Positions 29,599 through 40,326 of a DNA stretch of 64,000 nucleotides are shown here, piece by piece. A program made the position numbers and the translations under genes. Position 1 is the first letter of the stretch, and each line of letters starts with the position of its first letter. The stretch is from Spirochaetia bacterium (GTDB lineage Bacteria; Spirochaetota; Spirochaetia; DSM-16054; Sediminispirochaetaceae). The stretch spans positions 649,233 through 713,232 of the forward strand of contig JAXHMY010000003.1 in the NCBI GenBank assembly GCA_034520965.1, written 5' to 3'. The notes under the pieces are model-generated. The model did not search any database. It saw only the letters and a list, made by a program, of their open reading frames with translations, and was not told the DNA's origin.

Positions 29599-30787
29599 TC
29601 ATCGTTCTGGGCTGAGCACGTCAATCACTTCCTGTTCGACTCCCCGGCCATGCTGCTGCATCAACCCAATTAAATCGGCAAAACGAGGACCGCGAAGCTG
29701 TGAGAGCCGGGCAGAACTTCCCTCCGAAAGTGGATATCCGAAACGCACATATCTGCGGTAGGTCTCCGCATCCATATGCCAGGGAACAAGCTGTCCGTTC
29801 AACAGGCTCTCGGCCTCCTGAAAAATAAGCAGGCCGTCGGGGTCGAGATCGCCAAAATAGTACATCCAAATGCCGGATTGCTCGACTAACTGTAAAAGTT
29901 TGATCGCCGCAGAGTTCAAATGCCCGCCACCGTATACCAGACCGGCGAAACCGCATTTATTAAACGGCAGGGTCATAAAGGTCTCTTTGTTTTCTACCAC
30001 CAGCACCGGTGCGCCGGCGGATATCAACACCAAACGTTCGGCCAGCTCAGGTCCGAAAAAAAGCGGCTCATCCCTAAGCTTCCAGGCCTGGCCGTCCTGC
30101 ATCACTAGCTCCAGTTCTCCCCGGATTGCCGCCAGAGGATAGTTACGGGCCAGCCCAAATCGAGCCGACAGCTTCTCGCCGGCAGCTGCCGTCGCCAGCT
30201 TGTCGGCCTGCGGCAAAAGCCGCTCCAGGCGTTTCGAATCGTTGTAAAGACGGACACTGAAGGCCCGCAGGGGCAGTCCGGCGATCATATTCCGGTCGGC
30301 GGCCAACAATTTTAGAAGGTCATCGAGGCTCTGCGGATCCCCGCAGGGCGTCGGAATAAACGCTTCAAGCCGGGCCTGAAGATGCTCAATAAGGCCCTCT
30401 GTAAACCCCGGCTGATCGTCCTTCAGCCAGCCGCCCCCTGCCCGGAATTCCCGCAGCAAGGCCAGCGACTCCTCCCGCTGCTGCTCCGGAGAAGACCCCC
30501 CGAGCATCTGATGCAAGCGTACCGGGTCCTTGAGGAAAAGCGCCTCTATCCGGTCGCCCCGACGGTGGCGGGCCCACTTTATCGACAACACCCCCTGCCG
30601 CCTCCAGCTCCTCCGCCGCCGAGATAAACTCATCCTTTAACTGCGGATCGGTCTCGATACCGGGAAAAATCCGCTCCCAGCGGCCCTTACGCAGCGCCCG
30701 CCCGCCGCGTATCTGTGCAGAATGAGGATAGTCGTTCTCAAACTCTTTTAATATGACGCTACGAATGCTCGAACTTTTGGGGGTCAT
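29599..30787 (-). CDS. jetD: Wadjet JetD TOPRIM nuclease (frameshifted near 30.6 kb)
   Basis: VLVVENKETF, YGGG, YYFGDLDPDGLLI, terminal VEQEVI; last gene of the SMC operon. Confidence 0.85.
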
Positions 30788-33700
30788 AGGCTCGACGGCA
30801 CCTCCTCACGCGGTGAATCCTGGGCAAATTCCCGGGCATAAGCCCGATAGTTGTGGCGGAAAATGAGGTTCACCTGGTCTGAATAGGGGGCGATGGTCTC
30901 GATTTTTTCGGTCGGCACCGCCGTAACCACCTGCATGCCCAGGCGCCGGAAAAAGGTAAGCGCGGTGCCGATACGCGTGTCGTCCATCTTGTTGAAGGCT
31001 TCGTCAAACAGGGCCAGTCGTATGGCCCCTTCCTCCTCCTTGAAAAAACGGAAGAAACTGGCCCCCAGGGCTACGTAGTAGGGAGTCTGGGCCTCGCCTC
31101 CCGATTTCTCCCGTAGCACCTTCGACAAATTCGACTCGTGCGGCCTGCCGGTGCTCTTGTCGATACTGTGCATATGCCGGATACGGATATCGTAGGTGAA
31201 GTAGGTGCGGTAATCACAGATTTCCCGTACCCGAGGAGAGTCGAGGTCATTGGTTAAAATCTCCTTGAACAGCGCCTCGATGCTCTGTTTTTCCTCCTCC
31301 GAGGTGAGGCTCTCGAACAGAGTATCCTTATACTCCTCCACCTTCATGGCAGTACGGAACACCTCCAGAATCTGCCGTTTCTCGGGCCGCTCACGAATTG
31401 AAAAACTATACTGATCTTCACCAAAGGAAATTTCTTTGAGGGTGTGGTTGATCTCGGCAAAACTCTCGCGGGCGTCGTTGATATATTCGTTCATCCGAGC
31501 AACAAAGTGCTCTTTGAACTGGCGCTCGGCCTCACGCCGTGCCCGGGCTATCTTCTCGCGGTAAGCCGGCAGCTCGGTGTCCCGATAACGCAGCAGCAAA
31601 TCAATGAAAGGCTGTGACCCTTCCGAAGTCTCATCCAGCATCAAGCGGTACTCCCGATTAAAGCGGCTCTTCAGCTTCAGCAGCTTCCGCTTTAGCCCGT
31701 TCCAGGCGGGTCTCCAGGCCCTTTGCGGGCGTTCTCGTAGTTGGCCAGCAGAGTGCGTAAATCCTCCAGAGAGGCGGACTCCCCTCCCCGCAGGCGCTCC
31801 AGAAAATAGGTCTCAAACTCATCGAGCCGGTGCCGTCGTTCACTCAGAAACTCCTCCAACCGGCCGGCGGCCTGCCCTTCAGCCACCTCCAGTCCGGCGG
31901 CATCGGCCTCCCGACGGTCAATCTCGCCCCGCAGCTTGCCGATCCTTTCATTGGCAAGCGCCCGCTCGCCCCGCAGCTTAGCCAACTCCTCATCGGCCGC
32001 TTCTATTCGACCGCGCAGTTCTTCTATCTCCGACACATCTATCTCGCCAATCTGCCTTTCTACATCGGTACAGTGCTGGTCGTATTGGGCCTCCAGCCGG
32101 CGGGCTCCGGCAAAATCTTTTACCTGATTGAGCACTCCGAACACGTCGGTCAGCATCTGTCTGCGCCGTACCGCCCGTTCCAAATCCTGCCGGGCAGTTT
32201 CGTACTCGGCATTCAGACGCTTGATCTCTGCGCTAATGTGGGCATGCCGCCGGCGGCGGGCTTCGCCGCCGATATACCAGCGCGAATATACCCGGGGCTC
32301 CAGCCTAAACACAGTGTGGCCGCTGTAATACATACAGTCGGAGCTGATCGCCCGTTCAAACTCAGTGAGGGACTCACCGTCGCTGCGAATAATATCGCCC
32401 ATCAACTGGGCACAGTAGCGCAGGGCCGGCGGATTCTCCGTCTCCACCATTTCCGCCAGAGAACCCGCCGCTACCTCGGCATCCTCCATCCGGGCCAGAT
32501 ACGGCAGCCCCACTCCGGACACCTCCGGTTCCTGCTGTTTATACAGTTCAAAAGCCTGCTCAAAATGCGAGTCCTCCACCAGTAAATCAAAACGCCTGTC
32601 TCCGAGGACCCCTTCAACTGCATTCCGCCACTGCGGGTCGCTCATCTCCAGCAGCTCGGCGAAAATCCACACCTGCAGGCCCGCCGCTTCCAAGGCCGCC
32701 TTCAGACGCTCCACTGCCGTCGGATAACGCAGACGACCAGCCTCCAGCTCTTCCAGCTCGGACTGCAGCTCGGCCAGTTCGGCCAGCTGCTCCTTCACAA
32801 GGCGGTTCAAGCCGGCAGTCTGCTCCCCAACCGCCTCCAGTTCTTCCGCGACAGAGGCAATCTCGGCGTCCACATCCTCGGCCGGGTCCCGCTCCAGTTT
32901 CGCAGCACACTCACTCAGCACCTGCTCAAAGCGCTCGGCCTGCCGCCGGTACTCATCCCGCCGGCGGGCAAGTTCATCCCGTTTGTTCTCCAGGCTTTCG
33001 AGCAGCCTTTGGGTATCGTTATTGGCCAAGGCCGCCCTCAGCTCATCGCGCAGCTGCTCGTAACGAATACGCTGCTCTTCAAGGCTTGCCAGCTGCTGCT
33101 GCACCTCCGCCAAATCACCCCGCGCCCGCTGCAAGGCCGCAGTATTCACCTCTGCCTCGCGCCGCACCGCCAAGTGACCGGCTTTCAAGCGAAGGTAGTC
33201 CTGACTCTCTATCTGCCGGCCGACAGTATCGGTTTCCCCCTGGCTGCGGGCAATCTCCTCTAAAGCGGCTATCTTGCGTTCCATCAGGGACGCCTCTTCC
33301 TCGGCCTCGCGGTAGTTATTCAGGTTCTCCCGCATAGCCGACACATCCACAAAGCGCTCTTCCAGAATATAGTCGCAGACAAACTGGTCGACCGAGGTAA
33401 GCGGGGTAAAGGAGACCGAGCGCAGCAGCGCTTCCAGGTAGGGATTAAAGCTCACATTGCGGCGATGCACCTTCAGCCGCATGGTCAGCTGGGCGTTGTA
33501 CTCCCGCTTGGTGGCACAGAGCACCGCCCCCATCTCCTGCAGACTGCGGCGCAGCTCTTTAGCCGCCCGGTAGAACCCGTCCCGGCTTAGTGGAACGTCA
33601 TCCAGCCGGTGGTTATCAAGCAGCCACTGACTCTCCTTCACGCTTGCGTCGGTAAAGGCCTCGACCATCACCCCGGCACAGAAGATGCGGTCGGCGGCGC

Positions 33701-33998
33701 TGAACTCCAGTACAATGTGGGCAATAGTGTCGCCGCGGGCGTATTCAGCCCCCTCCATCCCCATTTTACAGCGCACATAGCTCTCCAGACTGCGGGCACT
33801 CTGCCTCGAAGTGGCTGCAGAAGAGTTAAAGCGGATTTTATTTATGTTCGCCACCAGAGCATACTGCAGCGCATCGATAATCGTCGATTTTCCGCTCCCG
33901 TTATCGCCGGCCAGCAGACTGATCTCTTTGAACTGCACCGTCTCATCCTGAAAATAGTGCCAATTTACCAACCGCATCCGGTTCAGCAGCAACTTCAT
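30784..33998 (-). CDS. jetC: Wadjet JetC SMC/MukB-like ATPase (frameshifted near 31.65-31.85 kb)
   Basis: LVNWHYF, GDNGSGKSTIIDA, long coiled coil, KSGGEAQTPYY, LFDEAFNKMD. Confidence 0.9.
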
Positions 33999-34582
33999 TC
34001 TTCCTCCCCGTCTTCATCATCACTACCGGCAGTAAGAGTATCAAACAACTCCTCAATATCCCGGCCTTCCAAAACAAAGGGGATACTCGGATACAAGACC
34101 AACAGACTCCCCGGATCCTCCGCCTCACCGAGGATGCTAATAAACTTCAACGACTGCAGTCGCCGCAGCATAGTTATAAAGCGGGTCTTCGAAACCGGCC
34201 GTTCGGTCAAAACCCTGAAACGGTCCTGAAACTCCACCTGCTGCAGGGTCACTTCGCTGCGCAGGGACAGTTCGTTGCGCTTCTCGTTGTATATCACCAG
34301 CAGCACCAACAGCCCCAGGGTCTCTTCCAAGTTCAAGTTTGTGCGCCGGCCCGCCTCGCCGCGGTAGGTAATGAGCCCCAGCCCTTCGTCCTTCAAAAGG
34401 CTCAGGCCGACAAAGGAAAACCACTCTTCCACCGCCGCGAAGTTTCGCAGGGCAAAGCTGTACAGCTGCTCCTCCGCATCCACCGACCGCAGCAAAAACA
34501 CCTCGCTCAGCAAAACCCGCACCACCTTCGCAAACATCTCCCGGTCGCCGGCATTCAGCCGCAGTACTCCCTCAAGCGCCAT
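33995..34582 (-). CDS. jetB: Wadjet JetB (DUF4194-like kite subunit)
   Basis: 195 aa, overlaps both jetA and jetC; LNLEETLGLLVL, LYPSI, acidic tail. Confidence 0.8.
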   Translation of the reverse strand: MALEGVLRLNAGDREMFAKVVRVLLSEVFLLRSVDAEEQLYSFALRNFAAVEEWFSFVGLSLLKDEGLGLITYRGEAGRRTNLNLEETLGLLVLLVIYNEKRNELSLRSEVTLQQVEFQDRFRVLTERPVSKTRFITMLRRLQSLKFISILGEAEDPGSLLVLYPSIPFVLEGRDIEELFDTLTAGSDDEDGEEE

Positions 34583-36056
34583 CGCCGCCCCTCCTCCGCT
34601 CGATATAGTAATGGTCCTGAAAATGAAACCCCTGCACTTCCACCTCGCCCTGTCCCCACACTACTTCGAAGGGAAAGTCGGCACGCCCGGCCTCGGCATA
34701 GCCGGCCGCATAAAGCAGCTTGATAAACCCGTCCATATCCCGGGCGATATCCTGCGAGCGCAGGGCTCCCCGGGGCATATCGGCTTCCGCATCATCCGGT
34801 CGACCACGCACAGCCCGCAGAAACTCCGCCACCTTTCTCGGGTTTAGCTGTCCGGTTACCTTCAGCTCCATCTCGCGCTGTTTGAAAAGAAGATCCGAAT
34901 CATCCTCCGGGACGCCGACCGCCGCCGACTCCACACTCCGGCTGCCCCTCGGCCGGGTGTAGAGTGACCCAGGGGCCAGAAAGCGGGAGTGGTACAGCTG
35001 CAGCGGAACCTCCCCCGCACCAAGGCTGCCCTTCGCCAGGGCCGTCACAATGTCACGCAGCTTTCCCTGCAGACTGGCATCACTGTACAGCTTGGTTTTT
35101 ATCTTTTGGGTAGAAATCTTGGAATAGCGCCGGTTTTTATCATCGATCTCATCGAGTATCGGGTCTATTCCCCGCAAACTGTCGCGGATCTCCTTGAGCA
35201 TCTCCACCATCAATTTACGGGCCTGTTCGACAGAGGTCCGTTTGACCACCGCCAGCCGCTCGGCGTTAGCCCGCAGCCAGGCCTCGTCCTGCAGAAAAGC
35301 TCCCACCGCCTTATTGATCAGGGGCCGGTACTTAGAGAGGTTATCAGAAGTCTTCAAGCGGTTATAGGCCCGGTCGACCACCTCATGCATGTACAAGTCG
35401 TAGTGAATATGCAGAATCTCATGCACCTCTGCCTCTTCGCTATACAGATTCTGCAGATAGGTTCGGATATTCTGACTCAAAACCTTCAGCGATTCGACTA
35501 AACGCCGCACATGTGAATGGGCACTCATCAGATTGTAATGCCCATTCTCCCGGGCCGCCCCGCCGGTCAGCAGAGAATACACCGCCACAATATGGCTCTC
35601 GTACTCCTCGGCCATTCCCGTCGAAGTAGAATAGAGCGCCTCGAAAAAGGGCTTGGCCCAGCTGTTCATCGTCACCAGCTGGGTAAAATCCTCCAGAATC
35701 TCGTTCCCCACCCAGCCGTAGGCAGTCAGCCGCCGCAAAAAGTAGTTGGCCACATCCCGCGGGCTGCGCTCATCCCTCGCAGCAGCCGTCTCGTCCGCCG
35801 CCCCTTCTCCGGGCGGCGCCTTTGGCTCGGCTTCACCGGGCGGGGCAGTCTCCGCGGCATCGTCGTCAAAGTCCGCCTCGACCTCATGGCTGCGAAAATA
35901 GTCCTCGAACTCACGCACTACCTGGGCCCGCTCGATGCTTCCCTGGTACTCGAGAAACAGACGATAAAAGATCAGCAGCAGCGCCGCGTAATGCTCCTTC
36001 AGCGGCGAAGCCAGGGGCCTGAAAAAGTTTTCCGGTAACGTTTTGAATAAAGCCAT
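34572..36056 (-). CDS. jetA: Wadjet JetA (DUF5716-like kleisin)
   Basis: LFKTLPENFFRPLAS, LRRLTAYGWV, YNRLKTSDNLSKYR; first gene of the operon. Confidence 0.8.
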   Translation of the reverse strand: MALFKTLPENFFRPLASPLKEHYAALLLIFYRLFLEYQGSIERAQVVREFEDYFRSHEVEADFDDDAAETAPPGEAEPKAPPGEGAADETAAARDERSPRDVANYFLRRLTAYGWVGNEILEDFTQLVTMNSWAKPFFEALYSTSTGMAEEYESHIVAVYSLLTGGAARENGHYNLMSAHSHVRRLVESLKVLSQNIRTYLQNLYSEEAEVHEILHIHYDLYMHEVVDRAYNRLKTSDNLSKYRPLINKAVGAFLQDEAWLRANAERLAVVKRTSVEQARKLMVEMLKEIRDSLRGIDPILDEIDDKNRRYSKISTQKIKTKLYSDASLQGKLRDIVTALAKGSLGAGEVPLQLYHSRFLAPGSLYTRPRGSRSVESAAVGVPEDDSDLLFKQREMELKVTGQLNPRKVAEFLRAVRGRPDDAEADMPRGALRSQDIARDMDGFIKLLYAAGYAEAGRADFPFEVVWGQGEVEVQGFHFQDHYYIERRRGGDGA

Positions 36057-36101
36057 TGGAGTAAAAAAGTATATCACGGTGTCCGATCGAAGGCTATATG
36101 G

Positions 36102-36128
36102 TTTTAATAAAAATGCACTTCCATAGAC
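36102..36128 (+). repeat. Truncated leader-family motif
   Basis: ttttaataaaaatgcacttccatagac versus ttttataaaaaatgcacatcctgtagac at 63196. Confidence 0.5.
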
Positions 36129-36149
36129 ATCCGCAGCCCATGCTTCATG

Positions 36150-37088
36150 CTAGTGCTTCAGGGTAGACAGAGCCTCGATGTGTTCTACCGACAGTCCGCA
36201 GCAGCCGCCGACGGCACTCACCCCGTCGGCTATCCAGTCGACGGCATATGCCGTCAGATCGGCCGGCGATATGATGTCTTCGAACTGCCAGTGGGGCATA
36301 CGGAAAAAGCCACTGTCCGGGTAGGCGTAGCGCGGGCCGGTAAAGTAGCGGCCGAGAATTTCAAGGGCCGGGCCGGTTATATCCACATTCGAGTGCATAA
36401 TGCCGGCCGCATCGGCTCCCTTGCGGGGCAGCAGTGCGATTACCTCTTCGAGCGGGATATCCTCCTCTGGAAAGTAGGACAGCACCTCGCCGTTTTCGCC
36501 CCAGCGGGCGGAAAAACCGGCCCACACCGGCAGCCCGGTGGACAGCGCAGCCTCCAGTGCGCATTGGAAGCGCTGGGGATGGTACATCATCTCGAGCATA
36601 AGCAGGTCGCAGCCGCCGTCTTTTAGCAATCCGGCTGCCTCGTGCAGCGCAGCACAGAACTTCTCGCGCCCCACCCCGGAATAAGGGTCGGCCGATTCGG
36701 AGCCGATGGAGGTCATAGGTACCATATGCGAGAGCGAGCCGGCCACCAGTACGTCGCTGTGGCCGTGTTCCCCGGAGACTCTCTCGCGGGCCTTTATTGC
36801 AGCGGCACAAGCGCTGCGGTAGACCTGTTCGATACGGTCGGCAAATCCGGCCGGTTCAAGCATGAGACGGGTGGTGGCAAAAGTGTTAGTAATGATGATC
36901 TCGGCCCCGGCGTAAATGTAGTCCTGGTGAACCTCCTCCAGCATTCCACGGTGGCTGATGTTGGCCGGCCCGCACCAGGCGTCGTCGTTCATGTCGGCGC
37001 CGCGCTTCTCCAGCTCAGTGCCGGTGGCTCCGTCGATCAGCACCACGCCGCCCTCGGTCATACGCCTCAAAATTTGTGTATATCCCAT
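36150..37088 (-). CDS. Homocysteine S-methyltransferase family protein
   Basis: LIDGATGTELE, AGAEIIITNTF, YAYPDSG, VGGCCG. Confidence 0.9.
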   Translation of the reverse strand: MGYTQILRRMTEGGVVLIDGATGTELEKRGADMNDDAWCGPANISHRGMLEEVHQDYIYAGAEIIITNTFATTRLMLEPAGFADRIEQVYRSACAAAIKARERVSGEHGHSDVLVAGSLSHMVPMTSIGSESADPYSGVGREKFCAALHEAAGLLKDGGCDLLMLEMMYHPQRFQCALEAALSTGLPVWAGFSARWGENGEVLSYFPEEDIPLEEVIALLPRKGADAAGIMHSNVDITGPALEILGRYFTGPRYAYPDSGFFRMPHWQFEDIISPADLTAYAVDWIADGVSAVGGCCGLSVEHIEALSTLKH

Positions 37089-37277
37089 AACTGCCTCCTC
37101 TATTTCTACTTACACCATAAGAAGTCCGATGTCAAACTGCAAGCCGCTGTCGCCTTTTCCAAATGGACGCCATTCGTAGTTCTACCTGCGGGCAACCACA
37201 CTCCGGCCAATCAACATATTTCGATTTTTAGCAATCAGATTATGAAAATTCCGTATTCCGTTGTAAAATAAGCATAA

Positions 37278-38258
37278 ATGAAAGGAGTAACCCCTATGGC
37301 AAAATTGAAAAAATACCATCCCGTCGATGCCTCTGAAGTATCGCGGTTCTGCGGAATACGTTCCTTCATGCGACTCCCCCAAGCACAAACCCACGATGAT
37401 GTAGATTTTGCAATCCTCGGAGCCCCGGCGGACACCGGCTCAACCTTCAGACCCGGCCAAAGATTCGCTCCCGCAGCCATCCGGGAAATGTCTATGATGC
37501 TAAGAGCCGCCAGCCTTACCCTCGACATCAACATCTTCGAATATATCTCCGGGGTCGACTGGGGCGACGTAAATGTAAGCCCCTGCGACCTGGCAAAAGC
37601 GCATGCTGCCATTCAAGCCGAGGTGGCCAACATACTCGCCGGGGATGTAATCCCCATCTGTCTGGGCGGAGACCACTCCGTCACTCTGCCGCAACTGCGG
37701 GCCGTGGCGCAGAAGCACGGGCCGGTGGCGCTGGTGCACTTCGATGCCCATCTGGATACCTACGATATCGAAAATGGCGATACCCTCACCCACGGAACCC
37801 CCTTTTACATAGCCTGCCAAGAGGGACTCATCGATACCGCCCGCTCTATCCAGGTCGGCATCCGCGGTCTATTCAACACTTCCGCCCGAAAAGTATCGGA
37901 GGATTTAGGCTTCCAGGTCATCATGGCCGAGGAAATGCGTGAAATGGGGCTCGATGAAGTAGGCCGGCGGATCACCGCCCGGGTCGGAGATGCCAAAACC
38001 TTCCTCACCTACGACATCGATTTTGTCGACCCGGCCTTCGCCCCCGGCACGGGCACCATCGAGGTGGGCGGCTTCACCAGTTATGAAGCTCTAAAATTAC
38101 TGCGTCAAACCAAGGACCTCAATTACGTGGCCATGGATATCGTCGAGGTACTGCCCTCCTTCGACCCGACCCAAATCACCGCCTATCTCGGCGGCGCCAT
38201 TGTGCATGAGTTTCTGGCCATGCTGGCCCACCGAAAGCGAGGGCAACAACCAAGCTGA
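37278..38258 (+). CDS. speB: Agmatinase / ureohydrolase
   Basis: GGDHS, HFDAHLDT, HGTPF, TYDIDFVDPAFAPGTGT. Confidence 0.85.
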   Translation: MKGVTPMAKLKKYHPVDASEVSRFCGIRSFMRLPQAQTHDDVDFAILGAPADTGSTFRPGQRFAPAAIREMSMMLRAASLTLDINIFEYISGVDWGDVNVSPCDLAKAHAAIQAEVANILAGDVIPICLGGDHSVTLPQLRAVAQKHGPVALVHFDAHLDTYDIENGDTLTHGTPFYIACQEGLIDTARSIQVGIRGLFNTSARKVSEDLGFQVIMAEEMREMGLDEVGRRITARVGDAKTFLTYDIDFVDPAFAPGTGTIEVGGFTSYEALKLLRQTKDLNYVAMDIVEVLPSFDPTQITAYLGGAIVHEFLAMLAHRKRGQQPS

Positions 38259-38305
38259 AAACCCCTGTCCTTCGGATAGGCTATAATCGGCCAAGGAGTT
38301 TTACT

Positions 38306-38809
38306 ATGTTAATGGATACAATTATCAGCACTATGTCGGAAACTATGCAGCAGATGCGCGGTGAAGGGATCTTCCTCACCACCAAGGCCAAGAAAACCAA
38401 TACCATGATCATCGGCTGGGGCGGAATCAACGTATATTTCCGCCGGCCGATCTTCCTAGTGCCCGTACGATTATCGCGCTATACCCACGGGCTGATGGAA
38501 GCCTCCACCCACTTTACAGTCAGTGTCCCGCGACCAGGCGAACTCACTAAAGCCATTGCCTTTTGCGGCAGCGAATCCGGCCGGGACTACGACAAGTTCG
38601 CCGAATGCGGCCTGACCCCTGTTCCGGGCCGGGAAACCGATGTGCCGGTAATCGGCGAGTGCCGGGTTCATTACGAATGCGAAATAATCTACAAACAGCA
38701 CATGGAAAAGGACAATCTGAAGCCGGAAGTAAACTCGGAAGTATACCCGAACTCGGTGTACCACAGCTTCTACTTCGGCCAGATAATTGCATGCTATACG
38801 ACAGAGTAG
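38306..38809 (+). CDS. Flavin reductase-like (flavoredoxin) protein
   Basis: NTMIIGWG, VRLSRYT, FCGSESGRDYDKF, YHSFYFGQI. Confidence 0.85.
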   Translation: MLMDTIISTMSETMQQMRGEGIFLTTKAKKTNTMIIGWGGINVYFRRPIFLVPVRLSRYTHGLMEASTHFTVSVPRPGELTKAIAFCGSESGRDYDKFAECGLTPVPGRETDVPVIGECRVHYECEIIYKQHMEKDNLKPEVNSEVYPNSVYHSFYFGQIIACYTTE

Positions 38810-39082
38810 TATAACCGGAGTATGGATAAAATTGTGTTTTCTGAAATGATAGAAAGCTTACCCGCAGTTCAGTATCGAAAAAACGAGCAAGAACTTTTAA
38901 TTACGCGGGAGTATTCTGTCGATATGAACACTCCCTTTGACTGTTAGGAGAAACACATCACTATAGGTTTTACCGGGTTGTTCCTACTCTTCATCGTATT
39001 CAAGCTAACAATTACTCTGGGCTAATCAGACTGCCCGTTTTCGGACATACACACCAAAACCTTCAGTTGAGAATACCGGCTA

Positions 39083-40248
39083 CTAGTCCGCGATATTCAA
39101 TCTCAAAAAGGGAGTCAAGCATGCCAGGAAAATCATAAAGAGCCCAATTAGAATAAACCCGAATGAAAAAGACACAGCATCCCCCATAAATCCAACGAAT
39201 GCGGGCACTCCACCACTGGCGATAAATGATGCTATTGGGAGGGTCATGGAGAGAGCTACATTGCGTGAACCAGGAGGTCCAATCGAAGATAGAGCTGAGA
39301 GAACCGCCGGAACAGCCAATGCACCTATCGCAGGCTGAAAAAAAATCGTCAGCGTAAGCCAACGACCCGAGAAAAGTCCTAAAAAAACAATACTGAGACC
39401 TGAAAGACCCATTACAGCAAAGATAGTTCTCCTAATACCTATTTTGTCAAGGATGAGACCTGCCGTCAGGAGGGCAATCACCGGCACAAATCGTGAGATG
39501 CCAAAGACCATATTAGTGAAAACTGGGGAGAACCCTACCTCAGAAATCATAAAAGTAGGTATCATCATATATATTCCCTGCACGCTTCCCAAAGCAAACC
39601 CGAGAAAAAGCATTAGAATCCAAAAGGAGGGAAGTTTTAATAATGGAAAGATATTGCCGATTGTTGGTGGCTCACCCCGCTCTCTTCCCACCTTCACGAA
39701 TAGTTGAAAAATAAGGGTTACAATAAGTACAGCTCCCCCTGCAACAGCAAACACCCCTCGCCAAGAGAGCCACGGCTTGAGAACCACCGCAAACATTGGC
39801 ACAGTAGCCATAGCAAAATGAGATCCGAGCTCATGTAGAGAGAGCCCCTTCTGCCAATCCTTTTTTCTCAGGGATTCCGGTGATCGTGGGTATTCCAGAA
39901 GGTGGATAGAGTCCTGTACCTATTCCAAGCAGCACCATCACTATCTGTAAAAACCACACACTTGGAGCAATGGCCATGAGAAACATGGAAGCAGCTACAA
40001 TCAAAGAACAGAATACTATAGTACCCTTATGACGCAGTCGAGCGGAGACAAATCCAGAAAAAAAGGTCATCACCGAAGTTCCAACACTGAGATATAAGAA
40101 CAGCTGTGAGGCTTTAGTATGTGAAGTGAAAAATCTCTATTTTAAGGAGCAGTGGTGAAATTAGCGTCCTGGCAAAGATATGAAAATAAAATATAAAAAC
40201 AATTAACAAAAGAGGCCCAAATGCCTTTCTGAAGCTTTTAAATTCCAT
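39083..40248 (-). CDS. MFS transporter (frameshifted)
   Basis: Multiple TM segments over three frames; GIGTGLYPP, LILDKIGIRRT; ATG 40248 with AGGAG. Confidence 0.75.
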
Positions 40249-40326
40249 TTTAACGTCTCCTCACAATTAGCGGGTTATTAAGTCCTTATGTAAATCACAT
40301 CGGTATTTTCGTGGTCGCTTATATCT

